DNA of 63,970 bases, filler included, from Octopus bimaculoides (taxonomy: Eukaryota): NCBI RefSeq assembly GCF_001194135.2. It is 5 parts of 5 records of this genome, joined end to end, with 100 filler letters (N's around TTAATTAATTAA, not from the genome) between each part and the next. Parts side by side here need not be neighbours in the genome. Positions count along the whole stretch, not along the records: positions 1 to 9,752 come from NW_026401410.1; positions 9,853 to 37,905 come from NC_068982.1; 3 more parts are not named here. One strand, written 5' to 3'. This document shows positions 1-14,720 of this stretch, piece by piece (positions within the stretch are counted from its first letter, which is position 1; the number at the start of each line of letters is the position of its first letter). The notes under the pieces were generated by a model. It did not search any database. It had not been told where the DNA came from and saw only the letters and a list, made by a program, of their open reading frames with translations. A program made the translations under genes and the position numbers.

Positions 1-49
<49 letters not shown>

Positions 50-137
50 TATACACACACATATATACACATATACAGATAGATAGATAGATAGATAGAT
101 AGATACATTAGATACATACATACAAATATACATATGT

Positions 138-440
138 AGTGACGTCATTTGGCACCAAAATACAGTCGCCATTACTGCGTTTTCATCTACGCATGCGCAG
201 GGAATAGTTCCGGAAGGAACACAGGAAGAGTCCCATGCGCATGTGTGGAATTCAACATCTAAAACGTTCCCGCTCTTTTCATTCTCTTTCTCGGCCGACC
301 GGCCATGAGCATGGTCGTGTCAAGCTGTCTTCCCAGCATTCCAACTCTACGGACAGCTCATTCCAACATTCCAACGTCTCAGCAACCATGCCTATTTCCT
401 CAGTAAATAAATATTGTTGTGTTGATAGTTCAGAGTGAGC
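138..440. promoter_or_regulatory. CpG-retaining promoter-like patch
   Basis: TGACGTCA (CRE-like, ~141), GCATGCGCA and ATGCGCAT (NRF1-like, ~191 and ~235), CCGGAAG (ETS-like, ~209), and a candidate donor AGA|GTGAGC at 434/435. Downstream sequence is CpG-poor. It could instead be a repeat. Confidence 0.4.
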
Positions 441-1056
441 GTTTTGTTGTTTCTACAGAATTTAATGTAGGGAAGCAGGTATACACCTAATGGTGTATAT
501 CTACTTTCCTATACATACATACATATAGTAATAGATATATTATTGATACATATGTACATATGTATGTACATGTGTGTGTGAATGTATGTGGGAATAGACA
601 GACAGACAGACAGAAAGGCAAAAAGACACATGTATAGGCAGACAGACACACAGAGAGAAAGATAGGTATTATTTTCTGACATAATTCTGTGAAGAAAAAT
701 CAGTCTACTCTGGATTCAAATTATTTTGAAACTTTTACCATTTTCACTCAGATGAGATGATCTCTCTTTCTCCTTCTCCTTCTTTCTCTCTTTCACTGTC
801 TCCCCGTCCGTCTCACACTCTCTCTTTTCTGTTTCCTCTCTGTCTCTGTCACACACATAAGCACATACGCATGTGCATACCTTCACATACATGTACCTCA
901 CCCTTACATGTGCACACACACACACCTGTATGCAATTACATACACAAAGTGGCTTCTTGTTCATGAATTTTACATATGTCTGTAAGTCTGTGCCTGTATA
1001 CTCATACATATCTTTATGCATATATAAGATATATACATCTTAATGCATATATATAT

Positions 1057-1112
<56 letters not shown>

Positions 1113-1687
1113 GTATATACATGTATGTATTTGTATGTGATTAAATATATATGTATTTGTGAATTTATATTGCCTGGTGATTTTCTTCGGTTATCAACTA
1201 CATAGCTGGATGAATTTTCTTTGTATTTTTGCTTTCTTTCTTTTTCTTTTAAGTTTTTATCTTTTTTTTTCCCCTGTTTTTATGGTTCTTGTATTTTGGC
1301 TTTGGCGAAATATTCAAGTGGCTTATCAAAATCTTGGTGCCAAGTCATTTTTATTTTTGGATTTGCCAAAACTGGAAAACATTCTAAGAGGATTGAGATT
1401 TAATGATCTGAAAAACCATCGGCCAAAACATCAGAAGACCGGAGTGGAGGTGGGGGGAGGGAAATGAGAAAAAAAAAGTGTAACTCAATTCAAAAGAATT
1501 TGAATACGTTTTGGCTAAGAAGTAACATATACCTTCGCATAGTCACATTCATATATACACACATGTTCACATACATATACACACATAGTCAGATAGTTAT
1601 AAAACACATAATATAAAAAAAAACAAAATTGAAGACAAATGACAACATAAAAGATTAAAATGTAGTATACAAATTACCTCCTCCCTA

Positions 1688-1706
1688 AATAATAATAATA
1701 ATAATG

Positions 1707-1754
<48 letters not shown>
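1688..1754. repeat. (AAT)n microsatellite
   Basis: Direct reading. Confidence 0.95.
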
Positions 1755-1756
<2 letters not shown>

Positions 1757-2666
1757 GAGATATATAAAGAGAAGGAAAATGTGCCAGATCTTTTTGAGTT
1801 AACAATCCAAAAATAAAAATCAAACAGATTAAAAATGAAAAGAAGTTGATATACAATTGAACAACTTTGCTTTCAAAGTCTATTCTATGGTCTTTTCATT
1901 TGAAATGATACATTTATGCCAATATATTCTTCAATTTAGTTCCAGACACATTCCACCCACCTCTGCCTGTCTGCTTTCTTTTTTCCTTACGCACATTTCT
2001 ACATATAGATGCACATACATAAATACAATTATATATACGTACATACGTACATACATACATACATACATACATACAAATACACACATTGATATATAAATAT
2101 AAACATAAATACATACATATTTGTAAACAACAAATAGGGTTTATTAAAGTGCAAGAGTATTCAGTTCATAACCTTTTCTACTCTAGGCACAAGGCCCGAA
2201 ATTTTGGGGGAGGGGACTAGTCAATTATGGTGAGAATTGAACTCAGAGTACGAAGACAGATAAAATGATGCTAAGTATTTTGTCCAACATGTTGATTCTG
2301 TCAGTTTGCTGCCCTATATCTGTACCAAAATATTGCTTGATATTATGTTCAACATTCTAATGGCTCTGCCAATCCATCACACTTCCTTTACATAACAGCA
2401 GCAGTAGCAGCAGCACCAGCAGAAGCAGCAAAAGCAGCTGCAGTAGTATGAGTCATAATATTGTTGTCTTTGAATAAGACCCCTTATATTTCTACTATAG
2501 AACACATTGTACATAAGGAGTATTCCTTTTATAAACCCAAGAGTAATGGAAAATAGTATCATCTTATTGAAGGATTTGAACTCAGTATGCTATGGAAGAA
2601 AGCTAAATACTGTTTGTCGAGTATCCCTTTCTCTCATATCACTACATTTGAATGATAGCATATAGC

Positions 2667-2812
2667 AATGATGATGATAACGATGATAATGATGTTGATG
2701 ATTATGATGATGATGATGATGATATTAAGGATAATAATAATAATATTAATGATAATGATAATACTAATATTATTAATATTGATATTAGTAAAAATAATAT
2801 TAGTATTAATAA
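2667..2812. repeat. (GAT)n/(AAT)n compound low-complexity tract
   Basis: Direct reading; it explains the poly-D/N ORF at 2652-3104. Confidence 0.9.
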
Positions 2813-3950
2813 TACTTTATCTATTTATACGCATTTCTTTATTATATTCTATTTTATGTACTTTAATAAGAAGTTGAAGAAGCAACAAAGTAAAAAAAAA
2901 ATCTATCATAAACTAATAGATAAACTTTTATTATTAAAAAACATCATATTTATCATCCTCATTGTTGTTGTTGTTCTTCTTATAAGCACTATGATAGATT
3001 CTATTTTCTGCAATGGTAACCTTGACGACCTTGCTAACAACCTTTTACCTCTTCCAAAATCATTTTTCCTCACCCAAAATTTGTTTCCTGTTAATAAACC
3101 TTGAGACACTGGTGTCATATATATTATACGAGCATCTACCTCTAAATTGTCGTTTATGACATTTAGGTATGAAGAGGTTAGAGCATACAGTATTGAATCA
3201 ATACTGCTTACCGATTCCATGGAATATTGCACTCAGCTTTGATTTATCCAAAAATGTTGAAGCAAGTTTACAAGCTCTCTGTCATTATTAGTTCTTTTCC
3301 AGAAGGAATGTATGTCACAGCCTCCCATTTCTTGCTCTTCCCACCAACAAACAAATTAATAAATAGAAACAAAATAAACTATTGTCATCTAGAGTGAATA
3401 AAGAAATCAATATTACCATTAGCAATATGGTGTGAAAATGGACATGATATGCCACTGTGGGATAACATTCTCATTATAGACTATGAAGCATTGCTGAAAC
3501 TAGGAAGACAGTTCATATAGTGCAACTGAGAACCCGATCAGCTGGCTGAGCTCATTATAGCTGCCAATATTTCCAATGAGTTCAAACAGGAATTAAATTG
3601 ACAAACCTTTTTTCTGCTTTCCTATAAAATGTTAATAACAGCCAGAGGCTCTGCGTGGAGTGAGTGTGAGTGTAAATATATACTGGGAAAATACCAGACA
3701 TTCCTCTCTCGTTTTATTCTTCTTTTACTGGTTTCAGTCATTATATAGTGTGACCATGCTGGGGCACTATCTTTATAGGTTAGTTAATCATATCAACCTC
3801 AGTGCTTTAACTGGTGCTTTTTGCCCAATCTTGTAATATATGAAATACAAAGTAGATTTTTTTGCATAAAGGAAGATAATTCAGTACGTATTTATCATAG
3901 GGGGTATTCTTGTTTGAATGTATGAGTTCTTAGTTTAAAGACTGAACCGA

Positions 3951-4385
3951 AGGTGGCAAGCTGGCAGAATCATTAGCGCGCTTGGCAAAATGCTTAGCAG
4001 CATTTCGCCTACAGTTATGTTCTGAGTTCAAATTCTGCCAAGGTCGACTTTGCCTTTCATCCTTTTGGGGGTTGATAAATTAAGTACTGATTACTCACTG
4101 GAGTCGATGTAATCGACTTAATTCCTTTGTCTGTCCTTGTTTGTCCCCTCTATGTTCAGCCCCATGTGGGCAATAATGAAATAAGAATCGTTAGCACACC
4201 AGTTAAAATACTTAGGAACATTTTGTCCATCCGCACATTCTGAGTTCAAATGCTGCCAGAATTGACTTTGTCTTTTATCGCTTTAGGGTCAATAAAATAA
4301 GTACCAGTTAAACACCAGGGTTGATGTAATCAACTTACCCCCCATCAAAATTGCAGGCCTTGTGCCAAAATTTGAAATCGATTTA
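3951..4385 (+). mobile_element. Two tandem copies of the dominant tRNA-derived SINE
   Basis: ggtggcaagctggcagaa head, B-box-like GTTCAAATT, and a shared body found many times in the window. Confidence 0.85.
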
Positions 4386-5337
4386 AAGACTGAATCAATT
4401 TCTACTAGTGTTGTACTATATTCTCCATAAATATCACTTTTCTTATTTTATTAATCATCATACATGTTATTTTAGAATTTTAACACCCATGGGAAGGAAG
4501 TTTTCTGTATTAATTTCATAAACTTCATAAACGATCTCAATTATTCAAAACTGGACTATGGATATGGGGTAGAAGTGAATGGCAGCTGGAAAATAGTTTG
4601 ATTATAGTGGTATAGATATCTGAGAGTGAATAGTAGCCTGTTCTTATTGCTTGTCACCTAGTCAGTCCTGACTAGGCAGACATGTGACCAGTGATAATTC
4701 ATTCATGACCATCCCATGTTAATTCCAGACACAGTTAAACTAACACAATTTTATCTAATATGCACTTCATTTCTAAGATGGTAGGGTGTGATTTGAGGGT
4801 AATTTGGCAGCTATTTCTAGCAGTTTCAACAGTAGTACGGATATTTAATGTTAGTAGATGATAGAGAGAGCAAAAGTAGTGCATGGTGGTTGTTGTTGCT
4901 AACTGTTATTTTCATTTAGCTCTAGTTCAGTTTCGATTAAGCAAATGTAATCCAACTGTGACCACCCTTTTCTCCTTTCATGCTTGTTCTATATGCCTTT
5001 GCATTATCCACTGTATCTTTATCTTCTATTCAGTATGAGAGTGTGATTCAAAGGAAATTTGACTGCTATTTGTAGCAAGATGATCAAAAGGCATAAACTC
5101 CATTTCATTGGTAGATGAAGGTCATATATATATGTAATAGCCTTTAACCATAGAATGATTTAAAAGCTGAAGAAATATTTGTAAAGTACACAATACTCCC
5201 ACCCTTTACTGCTGTGGATTGTTTATTACAAATATGTTAATTAATTAGCTCAAAGTTTCTTAAACTGTAAAATATCAGCATGTCCTCGCTTACTCAAATA
5301 TTGGCGAATCTTTTTTTGCCATACCCTCTTCCATTAG

Positions 5338-5557
5338 TCCTTTCTACTACAGGCAAAAGGCCTGAAATTTGGGGGCAAAGGGGAGTAAATTACATCAACC
5401 CCAATACTCAGATGATACTTATTTCATCAACCCTTTCAAAAGGATGAAAAACAAAACTGACCTTGGCAGAATTTGAACTCAGAATATGAATCCAGAAGGA
5501 ATACTACTAAGCACTTTGTCTGGGATGCTAATGCTTTTGCCAGCTCACTACCTTCGC
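5338..5557 (-). mobile_element. Dominant SINE family copy, CpG-decayed
   Basis: Reverse complement of the same body. Confidence 0.8.
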
Positions 5558-6689
5558 CCCACTTCATTAATGAAAATATAAAACAAAAGAATACATCCAT
5601 ACATTTCTTCTTATTTTACCTTGGCATACAAGAAGTTTGAAATGTTCAGAACCGTATGAATTTTATGGAACATGGCGATTTGTCTGCTCACTTTTCAATC
5701 TTTGGAGATCTTTCATATATAAGATGGGCTACCTACCTTTTACAAGAAATACTGTGCTAGATAAATAGCGAGTCAGAATTTAAAATTCACAATATGAAGT
5801 GTAAAATAAAGACATGTTGTAGAGAGCTGGTGATGTATGTCAATAACCAAATGACCTGACCTTGCTGTAAGTTATAAACAGATAACAATGCATCTATTGA
5901 TGAACATTTAACTTGATTCACAAATATAGAATTAATCTCGCATTTTGATTAAATTTTAATTAACTTCAATTGAAAGAGGTTTCATGAAGAAAAACATTTC
6001 ACTGGAAACTATTAGCGATATCTCTATCAATAGGCAGGCAAATTTTATAAAAATAGGTTTTAGTAAAATAGCAAAATTTATTGAAATTTAAAGAATGAAA
6101 ATTATTACAAATAATAGCTGTTGCTTTAGGTTGTTAGATTTTAATATATTTTGAAATAAAAAGTTTTGTGCTATGGAGTGGCCTTAATATATATTGTGAT
6201 CTAAAGTGTTTGAAAGTGTATGAAGTTAGAGTTTTCAGTATGCTAATATAAAAAGTTTGAAGGTCTGTACATTGGATTTTATATATCTTAATATATAACC
6301 CGTGAAGTGCTCTCATATATTGTATTATAAAATGTTTGGTATGCTGTGCAGTGGTAAACATTATAGGATGACTTTTGCAAGTTTACATTCTCAGTTCAAG
6401 TTTTTGCTGGGGTTCAGCTTTGTCTTTTATCCTTTCAGAGCTTTTATGAAATACACTATTAGTAATCTGTTATAAAACTGGTCAATTTATATTTAATTTT
6501 TAAAGAAACTTGCTCTCATACATTATCAGAAAAGATCTGTCACCATTTGGTTCTGCATTCAGTCCCACTGCATGAGACTTTGGACAAGTGCCTCCTGCTA
6601 TAGCCACAGGCTGATCAAAGCTTTGTGAGTGTATTTGGTTGATAGAAACTATAAGAAGTGTAATGTGTCTATACAAATATCATGGACTC

Positions 6690-7226
6690 TCCCGTTGTTA
6701 GATGACATATGAGGGTTCGACAATTTCTAGCTGAACAACCACACTGATGATTAAATAGTTGTGTACACATAAGCTCACTCCCTCAATCAAATTGACATTA
6801 CCTGTACAGGTGCACCGGGTGCCACATGTTAGATGATGAAATGGCTGCAGAAAATTGTGAAATAAAGTGCTTTGCTCAAGAACACAATGCAATGCCCAGT
6901 CTAGGAATTGAACTATCAATCTCACAACCATAAGTGCAACACCATAACTATTAAGCCATGCACCTTCACATGAATATATACATATAATAATTTTAAGGGT
7001 GGCGAGCTGGCAGAAATGTTAGTACGCCAGGCGTAATGCTTAGTAGTATTTCGTCTGCCATTAAGTTTTGAGTTCAAATTCTGCCAAGGTTGACTTTGCC
7101 TTCCATTCTTTCGGGGTCAATTAAATAAGTACCAGTAACACACTGGGGTCGATGTAATTGACTTAAACCTTTTGTCTGTCCTTGTTTGTCGCCTCTATGT
7201 TTAGCACCCCATGGTTAATGAGGAAA
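6690..7226. mobile_element. Second SINE type (6690-6968, minus) followed by a dominant SINE copy (6995-7226, plus)
   Basis: tRNA-like heads with A/B-box remnants. Confidence 0.7.
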
Positions 7227-7323
7227 TATATATATATAATAGTATAAATAATATATATATATTATTTATTTTATCATTTAATTGAATGCCATGCATCGAT
7301 TTCCAAGTATATATATATATATC

Positions 7324-7393
<70 letters not shown>

Positions 7394-7586
7394 CACACAG
7401 ATACAAGCACACTTTATTATAAAAAAGGCAAAATATTCACAGAACTGTTACTCAGAGTTTCACGTTCCCATTTGTCAAAGCTTTTATAATAAAGCATATT
7501 ACTCTAACCTTGGTATTTGAGTACTATTTTCTCCACAGTATTTTGCACTTATGTGCCATCTTATGTGTAAGTGTGTATGTGTATAT

Positions 7587-7653
<67 letters not shown>

Positions 7654-8711
7654 TATCCCCATCACTGCTTGACAACTGGTGCTCATGTGTTTGCAGTCCT
7701 GTAACTTAATGGTTTAGCAGAAGAGACTGATAACATAAGTACCAGGCTTTGAAAGAAAAAAAAAATACTGGAGTCAATTTTCATTTGACTAAAAGTTCTT
7801 CAAAGCAGTGCCCCAGCATGGCCACAATCTAATGACTGAAGCAAGTAAAAGGTCAAAGATAGAAGGTACTGATACTTGCTTTGTCTTGCATATACTAAAG
7901 GTAGAAAGATTGATAGCAACTGAATCTGTTTCAGTGGACAATTGGTATTTGATTTACTGATTCATTAAAGAGTAAAAACAAGATTAAACTAAGATGAGAT
8001 TTGAACTTAACAAAGTGAGATCCAAAATTCAAATATTGCTAGATATGTAAATTCCATACTTTACCATTTCTGCTACACCTCCCACCATTTACTCCACCAT
8101 ACTTCACTACTTTCCCACATTCCCACCTGCTCATCAAATACCTAATATATTTAAATATTTTGTGAAATTGCCAAATATCTTCGTGAAACTATTTGTTCAT
8201 TTTGAACACTTTCAAAAACATAATTAAACCTTCGCTCAAAACATCAAATGAAGCAACTAATATTTGTTTTTATCTTTGTAAAAGCAAAGCAAAAATAAAA
8301 AAACAAAACAGAAAACATCTCACTCGACAAATGTGCAAATAAAAAAATAAAACCAGCAAAAATAAATATAAATACAGTTAAAAAACAATTTTGGATATGG
8401 GCCTCCTTCCTAAAGAGTATATTTATCTGTTTATTTACTGGATTTTATCATATCTTATTTTATTGATTTATGTTTATATTGTGTTTTTATTTTGTTTTAT
8501 TCATATATTTGCATAATTATTTATGCATACATTTATTATGTGAAGACTTGTAACAAAAATTCCGTCCAAGATCATACAGAAGATTGATATTCCTTGATAA
8601 AATAAACCCTGTTCAAATTCCTTGCAATATAATTAGTGTTAACATTTATTTAATATTTTCATTTGTTCTTTTTCAAATTATCTAATGTATATGTATATAT
8701 ATATATTTATA

Positions 8712-8742
<31 letters not shown>

Positions 8743-9711
8743 GCACACATATATATATATACACACATATATTTGAACACACACACACATATATATAAAT
8801 ATATACATACACATATATATACATGTATATATGTATATATGTAGATATATAGAAATATGTGTGTGTGTGTGTATAAATAGCATATGTATGTACGTATACA
8901 TACATGTAAATATATATATANNNNNNNNNNNNNNNNNNNNNNNNNNNNNNNNNNNNNNNNNNNNNNNNNNNNNNNNNNNNNNNNNNNNNNNNNNNNNNNN
9001 NNNNNNNNNNNNNNNNNNNNNNNNNNNNNNNNNNNNNNNNNNNNNNNNNNNNNNNNNNNNNNNNNNNNNNNNNNNNNNNNNNNNNNNNNNNNNNNNNNNN
9101 NNNNNNNNNNNNNNNNNNNNNNNNNNNNNNNNNNNNNNNNNNNNNNNNNNNNNNNNNTATATATATATATATATATATCTGTACATATATCAGTTAGATC
9201 TGGTATTATATGTAGGTAATTATATATGTAACTTTATATGTTTTTGCGCGCTGTGTGTATCTATGCGTATATGTCTGTGTGTGTGTGTGTGTGTGTGTGT
9301 CTATCTGTATATGTGTAATTGTATGAGCAATAGAAAACACACAATCAAAATAACAATGAACAACCAGAAACGGTTGAGTGTGGTGCTAGCTGTTAACATT
9401 TCTGCCCAGGCTAATTCACATCACTTTACATCACATCTGTCTGTTGTACAGACATTTAGGAGAGGAAAAGGGAAGCAGCTAGCACAAATGTTTAGATTTA
9501 TCAATGACAATTAACAATCCTGAGTCAAAGAACTTTCAGTAAAGCTCAAACAAAATTCCAGAGGCGTTGGCTCACTATGAAAGTCATGCCTGTATGTTTG
9601 TTTCTCTGTTTTTGTTTCTGTTTTGTGGTTTTTGTCATTTCCTTTGCTATCTACTTATATATTAATTCAATGTATTTCTTTTTATTGCTTTATATACTCA
9701 CAACATATTTA

Positions 9712-9752
<41 letters not shown>

Positions 9753-9852
9753 NNNNNNNNNNNNNNNNNNNNNNNNNNNNNNNNNNNNNNNNNNNNTTAA
9801 TTAATTAANNNNNNNNNNNNNNNNNNNNNNNNNNNNNNNNNNNNNNNNNNNN
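9753..9852. other. Scaffolding join: N44-TTAATTAATTAA-N44
   Basis: Exactly 100 bp. The 12-mer is palindromic and has TAA in all six frames; it is an artificial spacer. Confidence 0.95.
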
Positions 9853-10199
9853 GCTAGTAGTTCGTCTTGCCTTCACAGTGGCTGGAGTGAAAAGAAAGCT
9901 GACCACAGGTCACACGAGAGCAGAGAGGATGGTGGAGGGAGGAAATGGAACAAGGAGGAAGGGACAGAAGCAGTGAAGTAGAGGCCAGGACAGAAGGGTA
10001 GATAGGAAGATAGAGGAAGACAGATAGATAAATAGATAGAGAGGATGGTGGAGAGAGGAAGTGGAACAAGGAGGAAGGGACAGAAGGGTATAGCAGTGAA
10101 GTAGAGGCCAGGACAGAGGTATAGATAGAAAGATGGAGGAAGACAGATAGATAAATAGATAGAAAGATAGATAGATAGATAGACAGATTATACATACAT

Positions 10200-12500
10200 A
10201 CACATATAAATATGTGTATATATACTGCTACCAGTCCATAAACCCAATTCTACTAAACAAGGTAGTAATATTTGTGAAGAGCAGCTCCAACCTCACTAGC
10301 AAAGAAATAGATATGATTTTAGCTGCTAGGAGCACTATAATAGAATACAAAGTCAAGCTCTGGACTCGATCAGACAGGGTTGACTCATTTAACATAACAA
10401 TAGGGTCTAGTGACTCTGCACAAACCACAGATATAGTAAGTATATACCTATTATCACAAATAGAATCTTGGCTGCTGAGCATGGGGGGGGGGGGGAGTTA
10501 TACAGAGATGACGCATTGTTCACTATACAAAAAAGTAGCAATGTAGAAATAGAAAGATGCAAGAAATAACTTTTTAAATTCTTTAAGAACTTTGGATTGG
10601 AAAGTAGTAAAATTCCTAAACATAAAGCTTAGCCTCATTGATGGCAAGTTCGAATCGTTCCATAAGCCGAGTGATAACTTAAAATATGTGAGCTGAGGAT
10701 CCAATCACCCAGATCATATACTGTGAAACAGCCCAAGAAGCATGGGTAATAGAATATCCAGACTGTCCACAAATGAATGGATATTTAATATATACGCTGA
10801 ATGTTACAACTCAGTACTAGCTACAGTGGGATATAAGGATAGAATATTGTATATACAGAATAAGTCAAAGAAGGCACGATATCCAGAGGGCATTATTGAT
10901 AGTGGAGATAATCATATAAATAACTGCAGAATACCAGAACCTAGAACAATAGTAAATATAATAAGGGCCAAAAGGGAAAGAAAAACTTATAACACTAAAA
11001 GCGCTATATATATAATAGAACCTGTGAAACTACAGCCAAAGTTAGAAAGAAGTGCACTGTTAAACACTAATAGTAATAACGATAACAAAGCAGTAAAATA
11101 CACTAACAAGCCCAATAGATATATTAAAAGAAATGAAAAAATAACTGATGAAATTATATGGTTTAACACAATCTTCAATTCACAAGTGAAGTCCAAAATA
11201 GGTCAGGTATTCTTAACAGCATTAGACAGGCACTTCCCAAGATCTTCCAAATATCACAAAATCATCAACAGACATTATGTAAAATTAGCATATGTGACCT
11301 CTCACAATCTAGAATACCACATACACAAACTAAATAACACAAAACTAAACAGAATAAAACTAGAGGGGAAATATGAAGCAACCGCAGCTAATAACACTGT
11401 ATATGACAATGGAATGGTTGCTCGTAGGGGTAATAAAAGTTCATCAATAGTAAAAAATGAACCCAAACAACATCACACAATTAAAGGTACAATCTATATA
11501 TAAGGAAAATAATTACAGGAAGAAGAAGAAAGAGGACCGCTATGGGAAGAACAGAAAAAGATATCATGTGTAACTGCAGATGTAAAGAGGAATGCAGATT
11601 TAACAACAACTGCATGATAAGGAATGTCGTCAACAAACGTAAGGTGAAGACAGGTATGCAAATATATGTGTACAGTGGTGGCGCTACAGACATCATGAAA
11701 AAGTCATCATCATTTTCCAATATAAATAAAAAGCATTCCACATCTCTATCAAACCTCATCTGGAGGCTGAAACAGAATAGAGTGGAACACACCCATTGGT
11801 CCATTATTAAAAATGCTGCACCATATAATGAAACATCATGGGTATTCAACCTATGCCTAGAAGAAAAGCTGGAAATCATCACATCCAGGGAAACTGTGTT
11901 AAATAGGAAATCTGAAGTGATCATATGTAAACATAAGAACAAAACACCATTTCTGGAATTTGAAAAAGATATTTTGTAATGAAATAACACACTATAGAAC
12001 AGGGAAGGCACCCCAAAAAATAAACTAACCAACCAATATTTAGGATGCTATATACTATACCATCAGAAACAATGAAAAGGTCACCATAAGAAAGTGTTGT
12101 TTATCAATTCAGTCAATAAATCCCAACAGCTGATGGTTGTAGTAGCAGTACCAGATGACTTCAGAATTTATTTAAGGTTGTCATGCTTTAAAAGAAATCA
12201 AATGAAAGAATGTGCTACCCATCTTTGACATCTGCTGAATGAATAGCAAAATAACACCACCACACACACCTCCATCTCCATATAACTACCATTCCTTCTT
12301 CTCTTTCCATTACCTTCCCCTCCTCCCCACTAAATACATATAGAAATACTCACATAACTCACTTAACCTTCATACTGGTAAAAAGTGATAAACATCCCTC
12401 TGTTGTACATCCATTTAATGTTATATCACCTGAAGAAATGAATCCATGAAGATGATCAACCCAAAGCCCACAGATACTATGGACTGCACTGTAATCATCC
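10200..12500 (+). mobile_element. Decayed Penelope-like retroelement (RT plus GIY-YIG endonuclease)
   Basis: FNITIGSSDSAQTTDIVSIYLL, frameshifted GLYRDDAL, FLKLSLMASSNRSISR region, IIWFN...KIGQVFLTALDRHFP, and C-terminal LSNLIWRLK...NLCLEEKLEII...LNRKSE..CKHKNK. Confidence 0.85.
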
Positions 12501-12859
12501 CAGAAATATGGTTTGTGATCTTAAGCAACATGTGATTTGTGGAAATGAGCATAGCAATGCATTAAATGTTTATAAATTTCATGCAAAGATTATTGTTATT
12601 TTTTTTTTATCCTACATTATATCAATACTGCTCGATGCAACTCTGAAAAACTTATTCACAAGTCAGCATCATTAGACTGAGGCTGGCATAATAGAATAGG
12701 AGCTTTATTTGCATATTCAAAACTTTTTCCATAAACAAATTTAAAAGATACACACACACACATCTATGTACATATTCTTTTATTCTTTTATTTATTTCAG
12801 TCATGTGGCTGTGGTCATGCTGGAACACCACTGTGATTTTGCACTTTTACTTATGATTC

Positions 12860-14400
12860 TCCATTGGTTGATTTCTTCAGAGTGAGGGAGTTTGTCATCA
12901 CCACTCCTGTATGTGCCCTTGTTCCATTCAATGTATGAGGGAACTTGACTCTACTGCTCTCACCTGTACCTCATACAGAGTCATTAGTTCATTTGGTATT
13001 GTGGAGAGGAGAATATCTTGTTCCTTTTTGAAGACACCCACATCCATATTGTGTAGGTTTCTTAATTTTTGTGGCAGGGTATTAAGATGTGGGCCTTTGA
13101 ATTCTGAGTTACTGCAGTACCTAGTCTTGAATGTAGATGGAGTGGGCAGTACCTTTAGTAAAATACAACAACGTCCAGTTTGGGCAATTGTATAATACTC
13201 GATGCTGAAATTAGGTACTAGCCCTTCCAGAGTTTTCCATATGTAGATTACTACATATCTGTTAGGCCTTCACTCTGGGGAGTAAAGTCAAGGTTTTTTT
13301 CAGCCTCTCCTTGCAGTTCATCTGCTGCACTGTTACAATCTTTTTAGTGTAGTAATTTTGGACTGCTTAACTTTTAGTTTGGCACTGTGCTGATTGTGGT
13401 TGAGAGCAGTAGTCCAGGCAGCTGAGAACAAAGGTCCTCCATAGGGTCAGCATATCTTCTTGGTCTCTTGTCCTTAAGGACCTTAGTATCCATCCTGCTA
13501 GTTGTCTCCACGTATATGCATACTGCAGTGCATTTGTAAGCCGATAGTGCAAGTTTGAAATTTTCCAGGATTAAACTGCATGTTGCTTACTTCAGTCAGA
13601 TTGTATATTGCATTCAGGTCCTGCTGTAAGGTTGCAACGTCACTTGGATTTTTCACTGCCTGAGATTATTTTGTATCACTGGCAAAGTTAATGACAGTGA
13701 CTGTCTCAGTGACGAAGGGCATGTACGAGAGAGCTATTATAAACAGTAATGACCCCAACACAGTTCCCTGGGGGACACCACTTAGGAGTTAAATTTTCTC
13801 AGAAAGGGAACCATTGACTTTAACTGCCTGACTTCTGTCTTTAAGGAAGTCCTGCAGCCACTGTCCCAATTTACCAACAATGTCATGGTCTCACAGCTTG
13901 TTACATATCATACCAGGATCTACCTTATGAAAGGCTTTTATATATCACATTGGCATTGAATGGTCAAACAGCTGTTTCAAAACCCAGTCATAGTACTGTA
14001 AGAGTTGGGTGAGGCAGCATCTTCCTGGACATAAGACATGCTGCAGGTTGTTCAGTAAGATGTTTTCTATTAGGAACATTATCAGCTTCTTTCTGATAAT
14101 TTGTTCCATGACTTTACTGATATGTGAAGTCAGAGAAATTGCCCTGTAGTTTTTGGCCTCTGCTCTGCTTCTACCTTTGTGGATAGGGCCTATAATGCCT
14201 TCTTTTAGCTTTTTAGGAAGTTTACCACTTGCAAGAATAATGCTGGGAAAGTATCTGAAGTGGTTTCACAAACGCCTACTTACATGACTTCAGGAGAATA
14301 GCTGGGAAGCCATCAGCACCAGTTGCTGAGCTTGAACTCATCTAATTTAAAACCAGTTACACTTGCCTCCTCAATATTGATGTTTGCCATCTTTGTTTAC
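12860..14400 (-). mobile_element. 5'-truncated CR1-group LINE (RT and 3' end), decayed
   Basis: Minus strand gives RT motifs (NYRAISLTS, GVPQGTVLGSLLFII, FASDTK, FVLSCLDYCSQ) and the same 3' end as the element at 28680-32160. Confidence 0.85.
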
Positions 14401-14644
14401 AGGGCTACAGTATTAACCCTTTAGGCAGTGAGCTGGCAGAATCGTTAGCATGCCATGTGAAATGCTTAGCGGTATTTCTTCTGCCATTACGTTCTTTAAT
14501 CTTTTATCAACAATTTTTATATACACACTAATTTTCGTAAGTCATACATGTCTATCTCATATGTGAATCTTTGTAATTCCTATTAGTAAATGAAATGTGT
14601 AACGGAGAATAAATAATAGCAGAAAATTTCCACTTTCATGTTTT

Positions 14645-14720
<76 letters not shown>

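Noticed and set aside
2906-3340. Minus ORF (108 aa) and a nearby ATCG|gtaagc donor
   Set aside because: No matching acceptor with an open frame and no recognised motif; possibly an old TE fragment.
5625-5745. Minus-strand segment ending GCCAAG|gtaaaa
   Set aside because: All three frames contain stops.
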